Source of the DNA: Lama guanicoe
Taxonomy: Eukaryota
Assembly: GCA_013239625.1 (NCBI GenBank)
Contig: MU053792.1
Coordinates: forward strand, 408,941 to 472,940
Direction of reading: 5' to 3'
Length of the DNA stretch: 64,000 nucleotides
Below the pieces are notes generated by a model. The model was not told the DNA's origin and did not search any database. It worked only from the letters and a program-made list of their open reading frames with translations. The position numbers and the translations under genes were made by a program. Shown piece by piece: positions 24,877 to 38,040 of the stretch. How positions within the stretch are numbered: position 1 is the stretch's first letter; every line of letters begins with the position of its first letter.

Positions 24877-27800
24877 ATGGTGGCCAAGATGGCAAACTGG
24901 AAGACCCTGAGTTCACCTCCTCGTGCAAGCACATCAAAATTACAAGTATTTACAAAGCTATTTATGAGAACAACCTGAAGACTAGCAGAAAAGATTTCCT
25001 GCAACCAAAGATATAAAGAAGGAACCACAATAAGAGAGGGTAGGAGAGGTAGACCCACACCCTCGGCAGGTGACCCACAAATGGGAGGATAATCACAAAG
25101 TAGAGCTTCTTCATAAGAAGTGAGGAGGCTGAACCCCTCATCTGGCTTCCCACTCCAGGGATCTGCGCAGGAAAGAAGAGCCAACAGAGCATCTGAATTT
25201 GAAGGCCAATGGGCCTTGCATATAAAAGACACAGAGGACTATAGGAAATAGATATTCTGCTTTTAAAAGGCATGTGCAAAATCTCACATGCTCCAAGTCC
25301 CAGCACAGAGGCAATAATTTGAAAGGAGTCTGGATCAGACCCACCTGATAACTTGGAGAGCCTCCTGGAGAGGCAGAAGGCAACTAGGACTCCCACTGGA
25401 AACATAGACACTAACAGCAGCCATTTTTGGAAACTTGCTCTGCCATAAGGACACTGGTGCTGGTAAGGCAATTTTGGAGTCTTCCTTCTAGCTTGTTAGT
25501 ACCAGAGACTTACCTGCCCACCAGAGGGCTTGGAATTAGCCCTCAAACCCTCTGGGCCATGCAGCCCACTGCTCTAGGACCAAGATCCACCCACATGTGG
25601 TAGAAGCCCCAGAATACTCCAAGTTATGCAGACAGCCTTGCTGGGATGTGGCCTCATGCAGGAGCTAGCTGACAGCCACTACATGAGTCAGGGCCTGGCA
25701 GCCAACCAGGCCAGGGTCTAGCTCCACCTTCCAAAGCACCCACAGTGACCATCCCTGCCACAAGAGAAAGGTCCCTGCAGCTCACATTAGGGACACCCAT
25801 GGATCACAGCTCTGGTGAGCAGAAGGGAGAAAGCTGCTCAGCCATGCGGGACATCTCCTACATAAAACCACTTCTCTGTAAGAGCAAGCAGCTTAACTGA
25901 TTTACCTAATACGTAGAAATAAGCACAGAGAATTAGGCAAAATGAGGAGACAGAGGGACATGTTCCAAAAGAAAGAGTAAGTAAAACCTCAGAAGAACTA
26001 AAATAATTGGAGATAAGCAATCTACTTGATAAAAAGGTCAAGGTAATGATCAGATGCTCACCAAACTCAAGAGAAGAAAGGATGGACAAAATGAGAATTT
26101 CAACAGAGTTAAAAAATTCAAAGAAGAATCAAACAGAGTTGATGAATTAAAAAACTGAAATAAAAAGTACACTAGAAGGAACTAACAGCAGATTAGAGGA
26201 TTCAGAAGAATGGATAAGCAAACTGGAAGACAGAGTAGTAAAAATCACCCAAGCTGAACACAAAAAATAAAAAAAGAATTTTTAAAAATAAGGATAGTTT
26301 AAGTGACCTTTGGAGCAACATCAAGTATGTTAACATTCACATTAAAGGAAAAGGAAGAGAGAGAGAAGAGGCAGAAGCTTTATTTCAAGAAATGATAGCT
26401 GAAAACTTCCTTAGCCTAGGGAATAGTACAGACATCCAGTTCTGGAAAGTGCAATGGGTTCCCCAAAAATGAAACCAAAGAGATTCATTCAGACATTCAT
26501 AACTAAATAGCAAAAAATACAGAGAATCTTAAAAGCAGCAAGTTAAAAGCAATGAATTATGTACAAGGGAACTCCCATAAGACTCGACTGACTTCAGCAG
26601 AAACTTTGCAGCCCAGAAGGAAATGGTGTAATATGTTAAAAGTGATGAAATGAAAAACCCTACAACCAAAAGTATTCTATCCAGCAAGGTATCATTCATA
26701 TTTGAAGGAGAGATAAAAATTTTACAGAAAGCAAAATCTAAAAGATCTCATCATTGCTAAGCCAGCTTTACAGGAAAAGTTAAAGGGACTTCTCTAAGCA
26801 AAAAAGACCACAAATAGAAATACGACTATTATAACAGGAAAAATAATAGGTAAAGACAAACATAAAGTGAAGGTAGTAGAGAAAAAAGTAGTAAAGTCAT
26901 ATCCATTCTAATCTACCCACTATATATGTTTTGTGTATCAAAGGATACACAAAACAAAAATACATAAAATATTATGTCAAAATATTAAATCTTGGGAGAG
27001 GGAACAAAAATGCATAGTTGCTAGAATGCGCTCAAACTTAAGATTATATCAACTCAAAATAATCATATATATGATACAGATATAGATATGGTTGTTATAT
27101 ATAACCCTCATGATAACCACAAATAAGAACATATGATAGATACACCCACAAAAAAGACAAAGTAATCCAAACATAACGTTAAAGATAGACATTAAATTAC
27201 AAGGGAGGACAACAAAACAAGAGAAAAAGAAATAGAAAAGAACCACAAATAGAAAACAATCAACAAAATTCTATTAAGTACACACCTATATTTATTTTAT
27301 AATTCCTTTAAATGTCAATGGACTAAATGTTCCAATCAAAAGAAATAGAGTGGATGAATGGATACAAAAACAAGACCCATATATACAATGCCTACAACAG
27401 ACTCACTTCAGAACCAATGACACATGCAGACTGAAAGTGACAAGATGGAAAAAGGTATTCCATTAATATGGAAATTAAAAGATATCTGGGGGAGCAATAC
27501 TTGTATCAGAAAAGATAAACTTTAAAACAAAGACTGTAGCAAGAAACAAAGAAGAATGTTATATAATGATAAAAGGATCAATCCAACAAGAAGATATAAG
27601 AATTACAAAAATATATGCACCCAACATAGAAGCAACTAAATACATAAAGCAAATGTTAACAAACATAAAGGGAGAAATTGACAGCAATACAATAATAGTA
27701 AGAGACTTTAAAACCCCACTTACTTCTATGGATAGATCATCCAGTTAGAAAATTAACAAGGAAATACTGGCCTTAAATGACACACCTTATTGCTGGCACT

Positions 27801-30393
27801 AATAGACATATTAAAAGCATTCCATTCAAAAGCAGCAGAGTGTACATTCTTCTTGAGTGACCATGGAACATAATCCAAGATAGATTATATGCTAGGTCAC
27901 AAAACAAGTCTCAACGAATTTAAGAAGACTGAAAACATATTAATAATCTTTTCTGAGCCAATATATTAAAAGGATTCTACAACATGATTAAATGGCTTTT
28001 ATCTCAGTGGTGCAAAGATGGCTCAGTGTCAATAAAACAATCAGCATGATACACCAATTTGATACACAACAAATTGAAGAATAAAAATCAGATGATCATC
28101 TCACTACATGCAGGAAAAGCTTTTGACAAAATTCACCATCCGTATATAATAATAACTCTCAAAAACATGGGTATAAAGGGAACACACCTCAACATAATAA
28201 AGGCCATATATAACAAACCTACAGCCAACATCATACTCAACAGTAGAAGTTGAAAGTATGACCTCTAAGATCAAGAAAAAGACAAAGATACCCATTCTCA
28301 CCATTTTATTCCACATAGTTTTTGAATTTCTATCCACAGTAATCAGACAAGAAAAAGAAAAAAAATTGGAAAGAGAGAAACAAAACTGTCACTGTCTGCA
28401 GATAACATGATACTATATGTAGAAAACTCTAAAGATGCCACCAAAAGACCAGTTAGAACTAATAAATGAATTCAGTAAATTTGCAGGGTACAAAGTTGAT
28501 ATACAGAAATCTGTTGTAGTTTTATATACTAAAAACAAAGTATCAGGAAGAGAAATTAATAAAATAATCCAATATACAATAGCATCAAGAAGAAAAAAAA
28601 TACCTAGGAATAAATCTAACCAAGAGGTAAAAGACCTGTACTCAGAAAACTATGACATTGATGAAAGGAATTGAAAATGACACATGGAAATATGAAAATA
28701 GGTGGTACACATGGATTAGAAGAATTAATGTTGTTAAAATGACTTTACTAAGTTAATCTACAGATTCAGTGAAATTTTTATGAAAATATCAATGGGAATT
28801 TTCACAGAAGTAGAACAAATGATCCTAAAATTTGTATGGAAACACAAAAGACCCTTAATGGCCAGAACAATCTTCAGGGTAAAAGAACAAAGCTGGAGAT
28901 ATCGTCCTCCCGGATTTCAAACTATACTACAAAGCTACAGTGATCAAAACAATCAGATACTGACGCAAAAGCAAATGCACAGATCAACAGAACAGAATAG
29001 AGATCCCAGAACTAAAGACACACTATATGTCAATTAATCTATGACAAAGAAGACAAGAATATACAATGGGGAAAAGATAGACTGGTCAATAAATGATGTT
29101 GAAATACTGGACAGTTACATGCAAAAGAAACAAAATGGACCACTTTCTCACATCACAAACTCAAAATGAATTAAAGATCTAATTATAAAGCCTGAAACTC
29201 CTAGAAGAAAACATTGGCCGTACACTATTTGACATTAGTCTTAACGATACTTTTTAAGACCTGTCTCCTCGGGCAAGGAGAGCAAAATCAAAAATAGACA
29301 AATAGGACTTCATCAAATTTAACAGATTTTCCACAGTGAAGTAAACTATCAACAAAATGGAAAGGACACCTACTGGATGGGAGAAGATATTTACAAATGA
29401 TATATCTGATAAAATATACAAACAATTTATACAGCTCAAAAGCAGAAAGCAAAAACTTATTTAAAAATAGGTAGAAGATGTGAATATGAATCTTTCCAAA
29501 GACATACAGGTGGTCATCCAGCAAACACTTGAAAATATGCTCAACTCCCTAATCATAAGAGAAATGCAAATCAAAACCACCATGAGATACTACCTCATAC
29601 CTGTCAGAATGACTATCATCCAAACGTCAATAAAGAACAAATGTTGGCAAGGATGTGGGGAAAGGGGAACCCTCAAGAACTGTTTGTGGAATTATAATTT
29701 CGTTCAATAGCTATAGAAAACAATATTGATGTTACTCAAAAAGTTGAAAATAGAATTACCATATGATCCAGCCATTGCACTTATGGATATTTACCTGAAA
29801 AAACAAAAACACTAATTTGAAAAGACATATGCACTCCAATGTTCACTGCAGGATTATCTACGGTAGCCAAGATATGTAAGCAATATTTTTACCCACTGAT
29901 AGACAAAGGGATGAAGAAGATGTATTATGTACATACAATGGAATATTACTTAGTCATAAAATGTCTGAAGTCCTGCCATTTGCAGCAACATGGATGTACC
30001 TAGAGAGTATTAGGCTAAGTGACATGAGACAGACAGAGAAAGACAAATACTGCCTGATCTCACTTGTATGTGAGATCTAAAAAACAAAGCAAAGTGAAAA
30101 CATACACATTGATACAGAGAATAAATGGGTGGTTACCTAAAGGGAGGGTTTGGGGGTTTGTAGGTGAAATAGATGAAGGGTATTAAGAGGTACAAACCTC
30201 CAGTTGTATAATAAATAAGTCATGATTATGTAATATACAGCATAAGGGTTAGGTCGATAATACTGTAGGAAGTTTGTATGGAGACAGATGATTACTAGAT
30301 TTATAATTTATGGAAATGTCAGATCACTATGTTGTACACCTGAAACTAACATAACGCTGCATTGCAACTATATTTCAATAATAATAATGGTAA
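24877..30393 (+). mobile_element. Near-full-length decayed LINE-1 (5' UTR, ORF1, ORF2 with ~1-kb internal deletion, 3' UTR)
   Basis: Starts ...ccaagatggc; ORF2 peptides [53 protein letters not shown] aagaattctttcag (24863-24876) / aagaattccttcag (30394-30407). Confidence 0.95.
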
Positions 30394-32799
30394 AAGAATT
30401 CCTTCAGCAACTACCTTGGAGCCACACAGACTGGTAACCTTGAGCTATGTGTTAGATCCACTGGTCTTGCATAGCATCAAACCTATAGGCTACAGTATAC
30501 TACAATAGATGATAGGATTTTAGTGTAAAAATTATACTCCAGGTGAAGGGGAACATGTAAGCCGTCTCACTTTACCACAGAAGGAAAGAGGAGTCCATTC
30601 AATTATAAGCCTCACTTGCACACAGATAAGATGCAGACATGGATAATAATCTTTCTGCCCAGTATTTTACTATACATGAATAAAAATGGCATGGTGCCTG
30701 AATTCTAAATATTCCAGAAAATAAAAGATAGATATATAAAAAATCTAGTATTTTTAAAACCATATTGAAAGTGTATGTTAAGAAATACTTAATGGTTAAA
30801 ATATTGTTTCCATCTTATAACAATACCATATCATACTAAAAAGGATATACCAGGTCCCTTTTAATTTTAAAAAGGAGCTAGTGTGAAAGAAATTGAAAGT
30901 GTAGGTTGATGTTTTTAAATTACTTATTAGAAGATGGAGGTGTATCAAGAAATTATTCCAAGCCTGGAAATATCTAATATTTGTTTTTAAACTGGAATTT
31001 ATATATTGCTAAATTTGAGGTAATGGATACTACTGTTACTGTAATTATGATGTCCTTCAGGTAAGCATTGAAATTTAGCCTAACACTTTATAGTGCATAG
31101 CATTTCCTAAGTTCAAAATTGTAGTCATTAATGCAGATTCAGAAGTTCTGGTTGGTATCTATTTTGTACTAATTTCTTTTTAATTTTTACAGCTAGATGA
31201 GTCCAAAAGTAAGGAGAAACTGCAAGCAAATACAGTTTTCCTATGGAAATGCCTTAGCTGTTAGATGGTCCTTTATACTAAAAGGTTTAGAAAGGTAGTA
31301 TTTTAGCCTTTTCTGGTTCTGGCATTAATTGTTACTTCTGTGCACTGCAACACCCTCAGCTAGGTTTTGTGATTTATTTTTAAAGAACTTATTCTGAGAA
31401 GAGATTTGAATGTTACAGACTATGAGGACCAGTACTGCCAACTTGCTTAAAGACAGTCCTGGACAACCTCATTTTTAGAGGTATATTATCATTGTAATAC
31501 AGTAGCAGGAAATAAAGGCTAACTTTCCCCCAAAACTTAATGTTTTCTGTTGTCCATGTTTCTTTTTTAAGGAGGAGAAATAGAATGAATACCACACCCA
31601 CTGAAGAGCTGAAAAGTACTTTGGTTAAGGATTTTTACAGTGTTGAGTTAAACAGCAATGACAGATTTGATCCATATAAAAAAGCACAGCTCGGGTAAAA
31701 ATGCAATCACAGGAATGCTAGAAATGAGGGATTCTAGACATAATAGGTATTCTATAAGGTCAATTGTAAGGTTTTATCAAAGTTTGCATTACAGTAAAAT
31801 TGTTTTGCTCTTATTTTTAAATCTAATATTAGGAAGCAACACTGAACTCTATTTTTACTAAATAGAAAACTACATTTTATTTGTAAATTTGAAATCATTA
31901 AATTGAAATCTGTTTTCCTGTTTACATATAAGATTCAGAATCAAACTGAGGATTGACTTGCCTCAAATCCTTTGTTGAACAAGCAGGTGGGAATGTAGTA
32001 TGTATGTTAAAAAATAAAGACAAATTATCCAGAGACATGGAAGAAAACCACAAACTCTGGCAAAAGGAAATTATAGAGCTTTACTTTAAGAAAATAATAT
32101 AACTAAAAGTTGCCTGCAAATCATTTTATTTTTGCAAGTCAATTTCAAATAGAATTCAGAGTAATTTTAAATGCACCTCCTTTCTCTTCCTGGAAATACT
32201 TCTTATAACCTATAACATTAAAGCATAATACTGCCTTTATTTCATGGAATTATTGTGCTGGTGTTAATTGTCATGACTTTCTCTTAATTCACATCACCTC
32301 GTAGTTCCAAATACCGCTTCTATACTGAAGACTAACAATATTGGAGCTCTAATTTTATCCTCCATGCTTAACTCCAGACCCACAGAAACAGATAATTTTG
32401 AACATATTTCTGTGAAATTGTCACAATAAATTAAAAGGTGCAAAAATGAATTTACTATCTTTCTCTCATCTATAAAACTTACATAATATAAGGTCACCAG
32501 TACCAATCGGATAACCTCAGGTAAATCTTTCCCTCTCTTACCTGAGAAAGGAAATATATACTCCACCATGCCATCCACTCCAACTCCGTAAGTAGCTCTT
32601 AATCTCTTCCATTACAACATTTCTAGCCAAAACAAGGTTGGATACATTACCCAGCCCTGATCAACCCACTGCATGAGTATGTAAAAATTATAGAAATAAT
32701 TGAAATCTTTAAAATTCTTCCTATGCATAGAGTTTAGAATTTTTATGAACACCTGTTCAATTTATATTCTGTATCATTTTATAGAATACCGCTTTATTT

Positions 32800-35480
32800 C
32801 TGGTATTGATTTTTGCCTTATTGTCTATTTTGTCAGATATCAATGTATTCATGCTATCTTCAAGTTGCTTTTTTTCTTATGTATCTTTTCCCACCATTTG
32901 ACTTTCAATCTTTCTCTTTCCCTGTGTCTTCAATATATAGCAGTAAACACTATAGAACTGTGTTTTCTAAATATATGTAGGATGATGATCTGTCTGTGTG
33001 TGTGTGTGTGTTTTGAGACTTTAGTCAACACCCATTAATTGTTAGTAATGATATATTTGGATTTTTCCTGTCTTCTCATTGCGTGCTCTCTTTTCGTCCC
33101 TCTTTGTCAGTTTCATTTATTTTTTCCTGTCTTTCTTGCCTTCCTTTGCAATTATGCAGTCTGTGGTTTTATTTTCTTATTCTGTTTTCCCTCTACTTGT
33201 TGAGAAGCTATGTACTCTACGTTTCCTTTCATTGATGTATAATTTATATACATTGAAGAGCTTAAGTCTTCCCTGTACAACTTGGCCGTCTTGAAATGCA
33301 CTTGTATAATCTATATTAAATCAATATTTAGAACATTCCCATCACCCTCGAAAGATCCCTTGTGCACCTTTTCAGACAAACCACCTCCACCCCTTGAAAC
33401 AACCAAGTATCTGATTTCTATTATAGATAACGCAGATTAATTTTATCTGTTATATAATGTCATGTACATTGAATAGTATGGTACACTCTCTGTTGTATTG
33501 GTTTTTTTTTTCATTTATCCATCTTGTGTGTTTGTTACTTCAAATTCATGGGTAGTATTCCATTGTATGTACTATAATTTCATGGTTTATTTTTGGTTTG
33601 TTTTATTAAAATACATTGTCCTATTTGTGGCCTACTGCACTATTTCCAGATTTTGGTTATTGTGAATAAAACTGCTCTGAAAATTTTTGTTCAAGCCTAT
33701 TTGGGGCATTTGGGTGCAAAGTTTTCCATTTCCTTTAGATAAATAACTAGCAGTGGAATTACAGAGTCATAGAGTGGATGCACATTTAACTTTTTAATAA
33801 GGTGACCATGGTTTTCCCAAGTTTTCAACCATGCTCATCCTGTTCCCTACTTATACGCTTTGTGGCTTAGTATTTAATTTTCACTCATTTTCTTCTTACC
33901 AGGATAGGCATTATTATTTCTTCACACAAAGTTTGTTTCAACTTACCCACACGTCTGCCAGTATCTTTGGCATCAGAATATTCTGGCATCAATCACAGAT
34001 CTTCCCTCTGGGATTATCTTATTTATTTCTCGATTTGCGCCATAGAACACTATCCTGTGAGTGTTGGCTGGTGGTCACTCAGGTTTCATCATTATACCAT
34101 TGGTGTTTCACCCTCATTCTTGGAAGACAGCTTCTCTCAAGATTGAATTCCTGATCGCTTCTCTCAGAATGTGGAAGATACCCCACCGTCTTCTAGTTTC
34201 CATTGACGCTGTTAAGAAGCAGCCATCAAAGTCAATTACGGGGCTGCTGGAGGTGATTTCTGTTCTCTCTGGCTACTTCTTCTTGTACTGTTTCAGTATT
34301 ACAGGCCCAGACTCGATTTCTCTTCACTAACCTACTGAGATTTACAGTGCTTCTTAAATTTTTTATTGTTTTACTTCAAGTGTTGCTTTCCCTCATTCTT
34401 AGCCTTATCCTGTTCGAGGGCTCTGAATAGACAATTAGTGCAACTTCTCACTCTGTCCTCCCTGACTTTTAAACACTGTTACAGCATCATCTCTCTTCAT
34501 TCTGGGTTATTTTTAAAATGTATTTTCTGTCTTCAGTTCTCTATTAAACTCTGCTATTCAATCCATCTATTGAGTTTAAAAATTTAACTAGGTGTATAAC
34601 ATATTGTGCACACATATAATAATTCTACAAGCTTTATTTTATTACATTCAACTGTACTTTATTGTTCTTTGCAGGTTTTTTCTGTTCCTTGCTTTTTATT
34701 TTTATTATACTTTTCATTTCCTGAAATGCATTTAATGTAAGTGTATTATATTCTTTGCCTGATAATTCCTATTGAAATATATGTGTAACTCAATATATTC
34801 TCTGATGTTTTTTATGGGTCTCATTCCAGGGGCATTATTTCAATATCTTCTATGTAGCATTTTGTTGTGAGCAGCATGTTTTTGTTGGAATTGTGCCTGT
34901 GGGACAGCGTTGAGTTTTTGTTGATGCGGTGGGTTGATTTGAGAGCCTATCATCTATGCACCATTTTAAATTTAGTTATCTGCTTGATATTTTTAGACCA
35001 AACAAGTATTATGAATTCAGACATAGATCAGAGGTTGACTGGCTTCTAAAAAATTATCAGGAGAGATTCCTTCCTGCCACAAACTCAGTATCAACCTCCA
35101 GTCAGATTTGTTTACTATTCCCTCTGAGCAGGGAATTTAGTTAGTATTCACTTTTACACTGAGTTTGGCCCCTTGGGGTCCCAACTTTCTTTAAAGGTCT
35201 TTTCTAAGATGCTCCATCTTTGGCAAACAGTAAGATTTGCCTACTATTCCCTGAAGCTCAAGGTCTCCACAGTGTGTCAGAAACCTTTCAATGGAAAAAA
35301 TAATTTTGATGTGCACTACTGACAGTCATATTTTTGTTTCCACTTTATGGACTCCATATAGAAATAATCCTTCTTTTCAATGTCAGATCAGATATACATT
35401 TTAAAAGGTGTTTTGAATATTATATCAAGCATTTTAGTTCTTTCATTTGGAAGGCAGTGGCTAGTCTGCCATACTGCCAG
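32800..35480 (-). mobile_element. Very old LINE-1 (ORF1/5' region) in reverse, with a nested L1 3' end at ~33285-33830
   Basis: T-rich decayed sequence; nested piece has agaacattcccatcaccctcgaaagatcccttgtgc, gtagtattccattgtatg, agtggaattacagagtcatag. Confidence 0.6.
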
Positions 35481-35901
35481 AGATGAAAGACCTTAGTTAT
35501 CTTCCAAGCTAACTCTTTCTTCTATTTCAAAACTCTGTTCAGGCACCACACTTCCTCCAGGAAATCTTTCCTCTCAGTCCAGATTGAAAATAGTCCCTTC
35601 CAAAAGTACCTTAAAGATTGACGTTTTATATTTAAATTGTCTCTCTATGTGACTTCTGCCACCATTAGACTCTTGACCCCCTTGGGAAGGAATCATGACA
35701 TATGTTTGTTTCTTCAATGGCTTCACAGATTACTGCAGGATCTCATTAATAGCATTAAATTAACCACTTGACTAGCCCCCTCACTCACAGATATACAAAT
35801 TTCTGACTCTTTTCTGGTTCCCTGATTTCCCTTTGTAGCAACTACCTCTTGCTGAGTTGTTTTAATCCCAAGTTCTAGTACTTTCACCTTTTATCCCAGC
35901 T

Positions 35902-36910
35902 TTCACCTTATGTAGTTACCATTTATGTGTGTGAAGTAATTAAGATCTACTCTCATAGAAAATTTCAAGAATATAATATATATAATATAATATATAAATA
36001 TAATATATTGTTGTTAACTATAATCACCATGTTTACCTTAGATCCCAGAATCTATTCATCTTATAACTGAAAGTTTATACCTTTGACCTACCTCTCCTCA
36101 TTTCTCCCCCTACCCTTACCCCCAACCTCTGGAAACCATGGTTCAACTAGTTCAGAGTTTTTAAATTCCACATATAAGGGAGAGCACACAGTATTTGTCT
36201 TTCTCTGTCTGGCTTATTCCACTTAGCATAGTGCCTTCCAGGTTCATCTATGTTGTCCCAATTGGCAGAATTTCTCTTTTTCCTGGCTGAATAATATTTC
36301 ATACACATATTTTCTTTATCAACTCATCTTTCGCTGGAGACTTAGTTTGTTCCCATATCTTGGCTGTAGTGAATAATGTTACAATGAACATGGACATGCG
36401 GATATCTCTTTAAGATCCTAATTTCATTTCCTTTCGATACATACCCAGAAGTAAGATGGTTAAATCATGTGAGAGTTGTATTTTAATATTTTAAGAAAAC
36501 TCCGTACTGCTTTCCAAAGTGGTTGTACCAACTTACATTCCCACTGACCCAAAATGAAAGAAAATATTTGTAAACCATATATCTAATAAGGGGTTAATAT
36601 CTAAAATATATAAAGAACTCATACAATTCAACACACATACACACACACACACACACAAATCCACAAATAGCCCAACTGAAAAAAAAGGCAAAAAACCTGA
36701 ATGGTTATTTTTCTAGAGACATACAATTGACCAAAAAGTATATAAAAACATGCTTAGTATCATTAATTATTAGGAAAACATAAATCAGAACCACAATGAG
36801 ATATCACCTCATGCCCTTTAGGGTGAGAGTCATGAAAAGACTAGAGACAATAAGTGATGATGAGGGTAGGGAGAAAAGGAACCCTTGTACACTGCTGGTG
36901 GGAGTGTAAA
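35902..36910 (-). mobile_element. L1MA-type LINE-1 with 5' inversion
   Basis: Minus 3' UTR/ORF2 end 35902-36545, then plus-oriented ORF2 36551-36910; both pieces end at the same gtgggaatgtaa consensus position. Confidence 0.88.
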
Positions 36911-37784
36911 GGAGTGCCTTCAGCTTTTAAGCTGAAATATTTATATGTGGTTATCTTGACTTAAAATGATAAGAGCTCATTTTGGAAACCTCAAAGGCAA
37001 TTAACTTTTCACATCTGGACAGGACTTTAGTACTTATCTAGGCTCAACCCACAGTCTCAGTTCCAGTTCCGTTTTTATGCAAGGCCTTTATTGCCATTCA
37101 CTACTTCCTATTATTTTTTTCTCTTGAAGTCCCAAACTTTACTTGGAAGCAGAACTGATGTCATCACTTGTGGCACTGATGCATTAGAGTCCTGGAGCTC
37201 ACACTGCCTGGAAATACTGGTCCGTTTTTAATCATACGGTTGCAGGAAGGATTTGAATAGTTACAATAAGAAAAGCACACATTAGGATTCCGCACATATA
37301 ATAAATGTGCAGCTCAAAATAAGGCTGTTGTTATTATTATTGTTGTTTTTATTAAGAATATATTAAACAAATAAATGATCACTGGTGGTATTACTATGTT
37401 ATATGGGAAATTTCATGATGGGGAATCTTTTATCCACTTATGAAACTAGGTATCTTGTTGAAATGAATTAATCTTAAAAACTTTCAGTCAGGAGCAAAGT
37501 TAAACAGAAATGTAATGTGGAGGAACTTTCCTTTCACACCCCTGACTCCTGTCTTCTCTCTCACCAAGCATTTAAGCACGTTGTCCCTTTGCAAATGTCT
37601 TGTGCTTCCCCACTGTATCGGGCCCATGCCTTCTGCTTTAAAAACAAATGAGGCATTCACTTCAACTACAGAGTTAATGGAGTTTTAATGTTACCCATGT
37701 CTTAAAGTATTTTTATTAAAAAAAAAGAACTGAAGAAAAGACAATCCTTAATCCAGTGTAATAAATCCTTTTTGTCATATTGTG

Positions 37785-38040
37785 AACCTGGGCTTTGACA
37801 CTGCAGCATATCTGATTAGAGCTGCACCTCTTCTCATTACAGAGAGTGACCTTGGGCAGGTTCATCAGTCTCTCTGAGTTCCAGAGTGCTCATCCGTGAG
37901 TTGGGAAAATAATGCCTAAATTATAGGGTTGGGGAGAGGACTTACAAGGGTGAAATAAACAAAGCAAAAATTAGAATCCTTGGCATATAACAAATGTTCA
38001 TCACCAAACAGGGGCTATTGTCACTTTCATTGTTATTACT
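37785..38040 (+). mobile_element. MIR SINE
   Basis: gtgaccttgggcaggttcatcagtctctctgagttcc...ctcatccgtgagttgggaaaataatgcc...atagggttg. Confidence 0.75.

Noticed and set aside
24962..25471. Longest ORF (169 aa), antisense in the L1 5' UTR, superficially ORF0-like
   Set aside because: Starts at TTG, lies in a decayed element, and the frame is not preserved in the second L1's 5' UTR.
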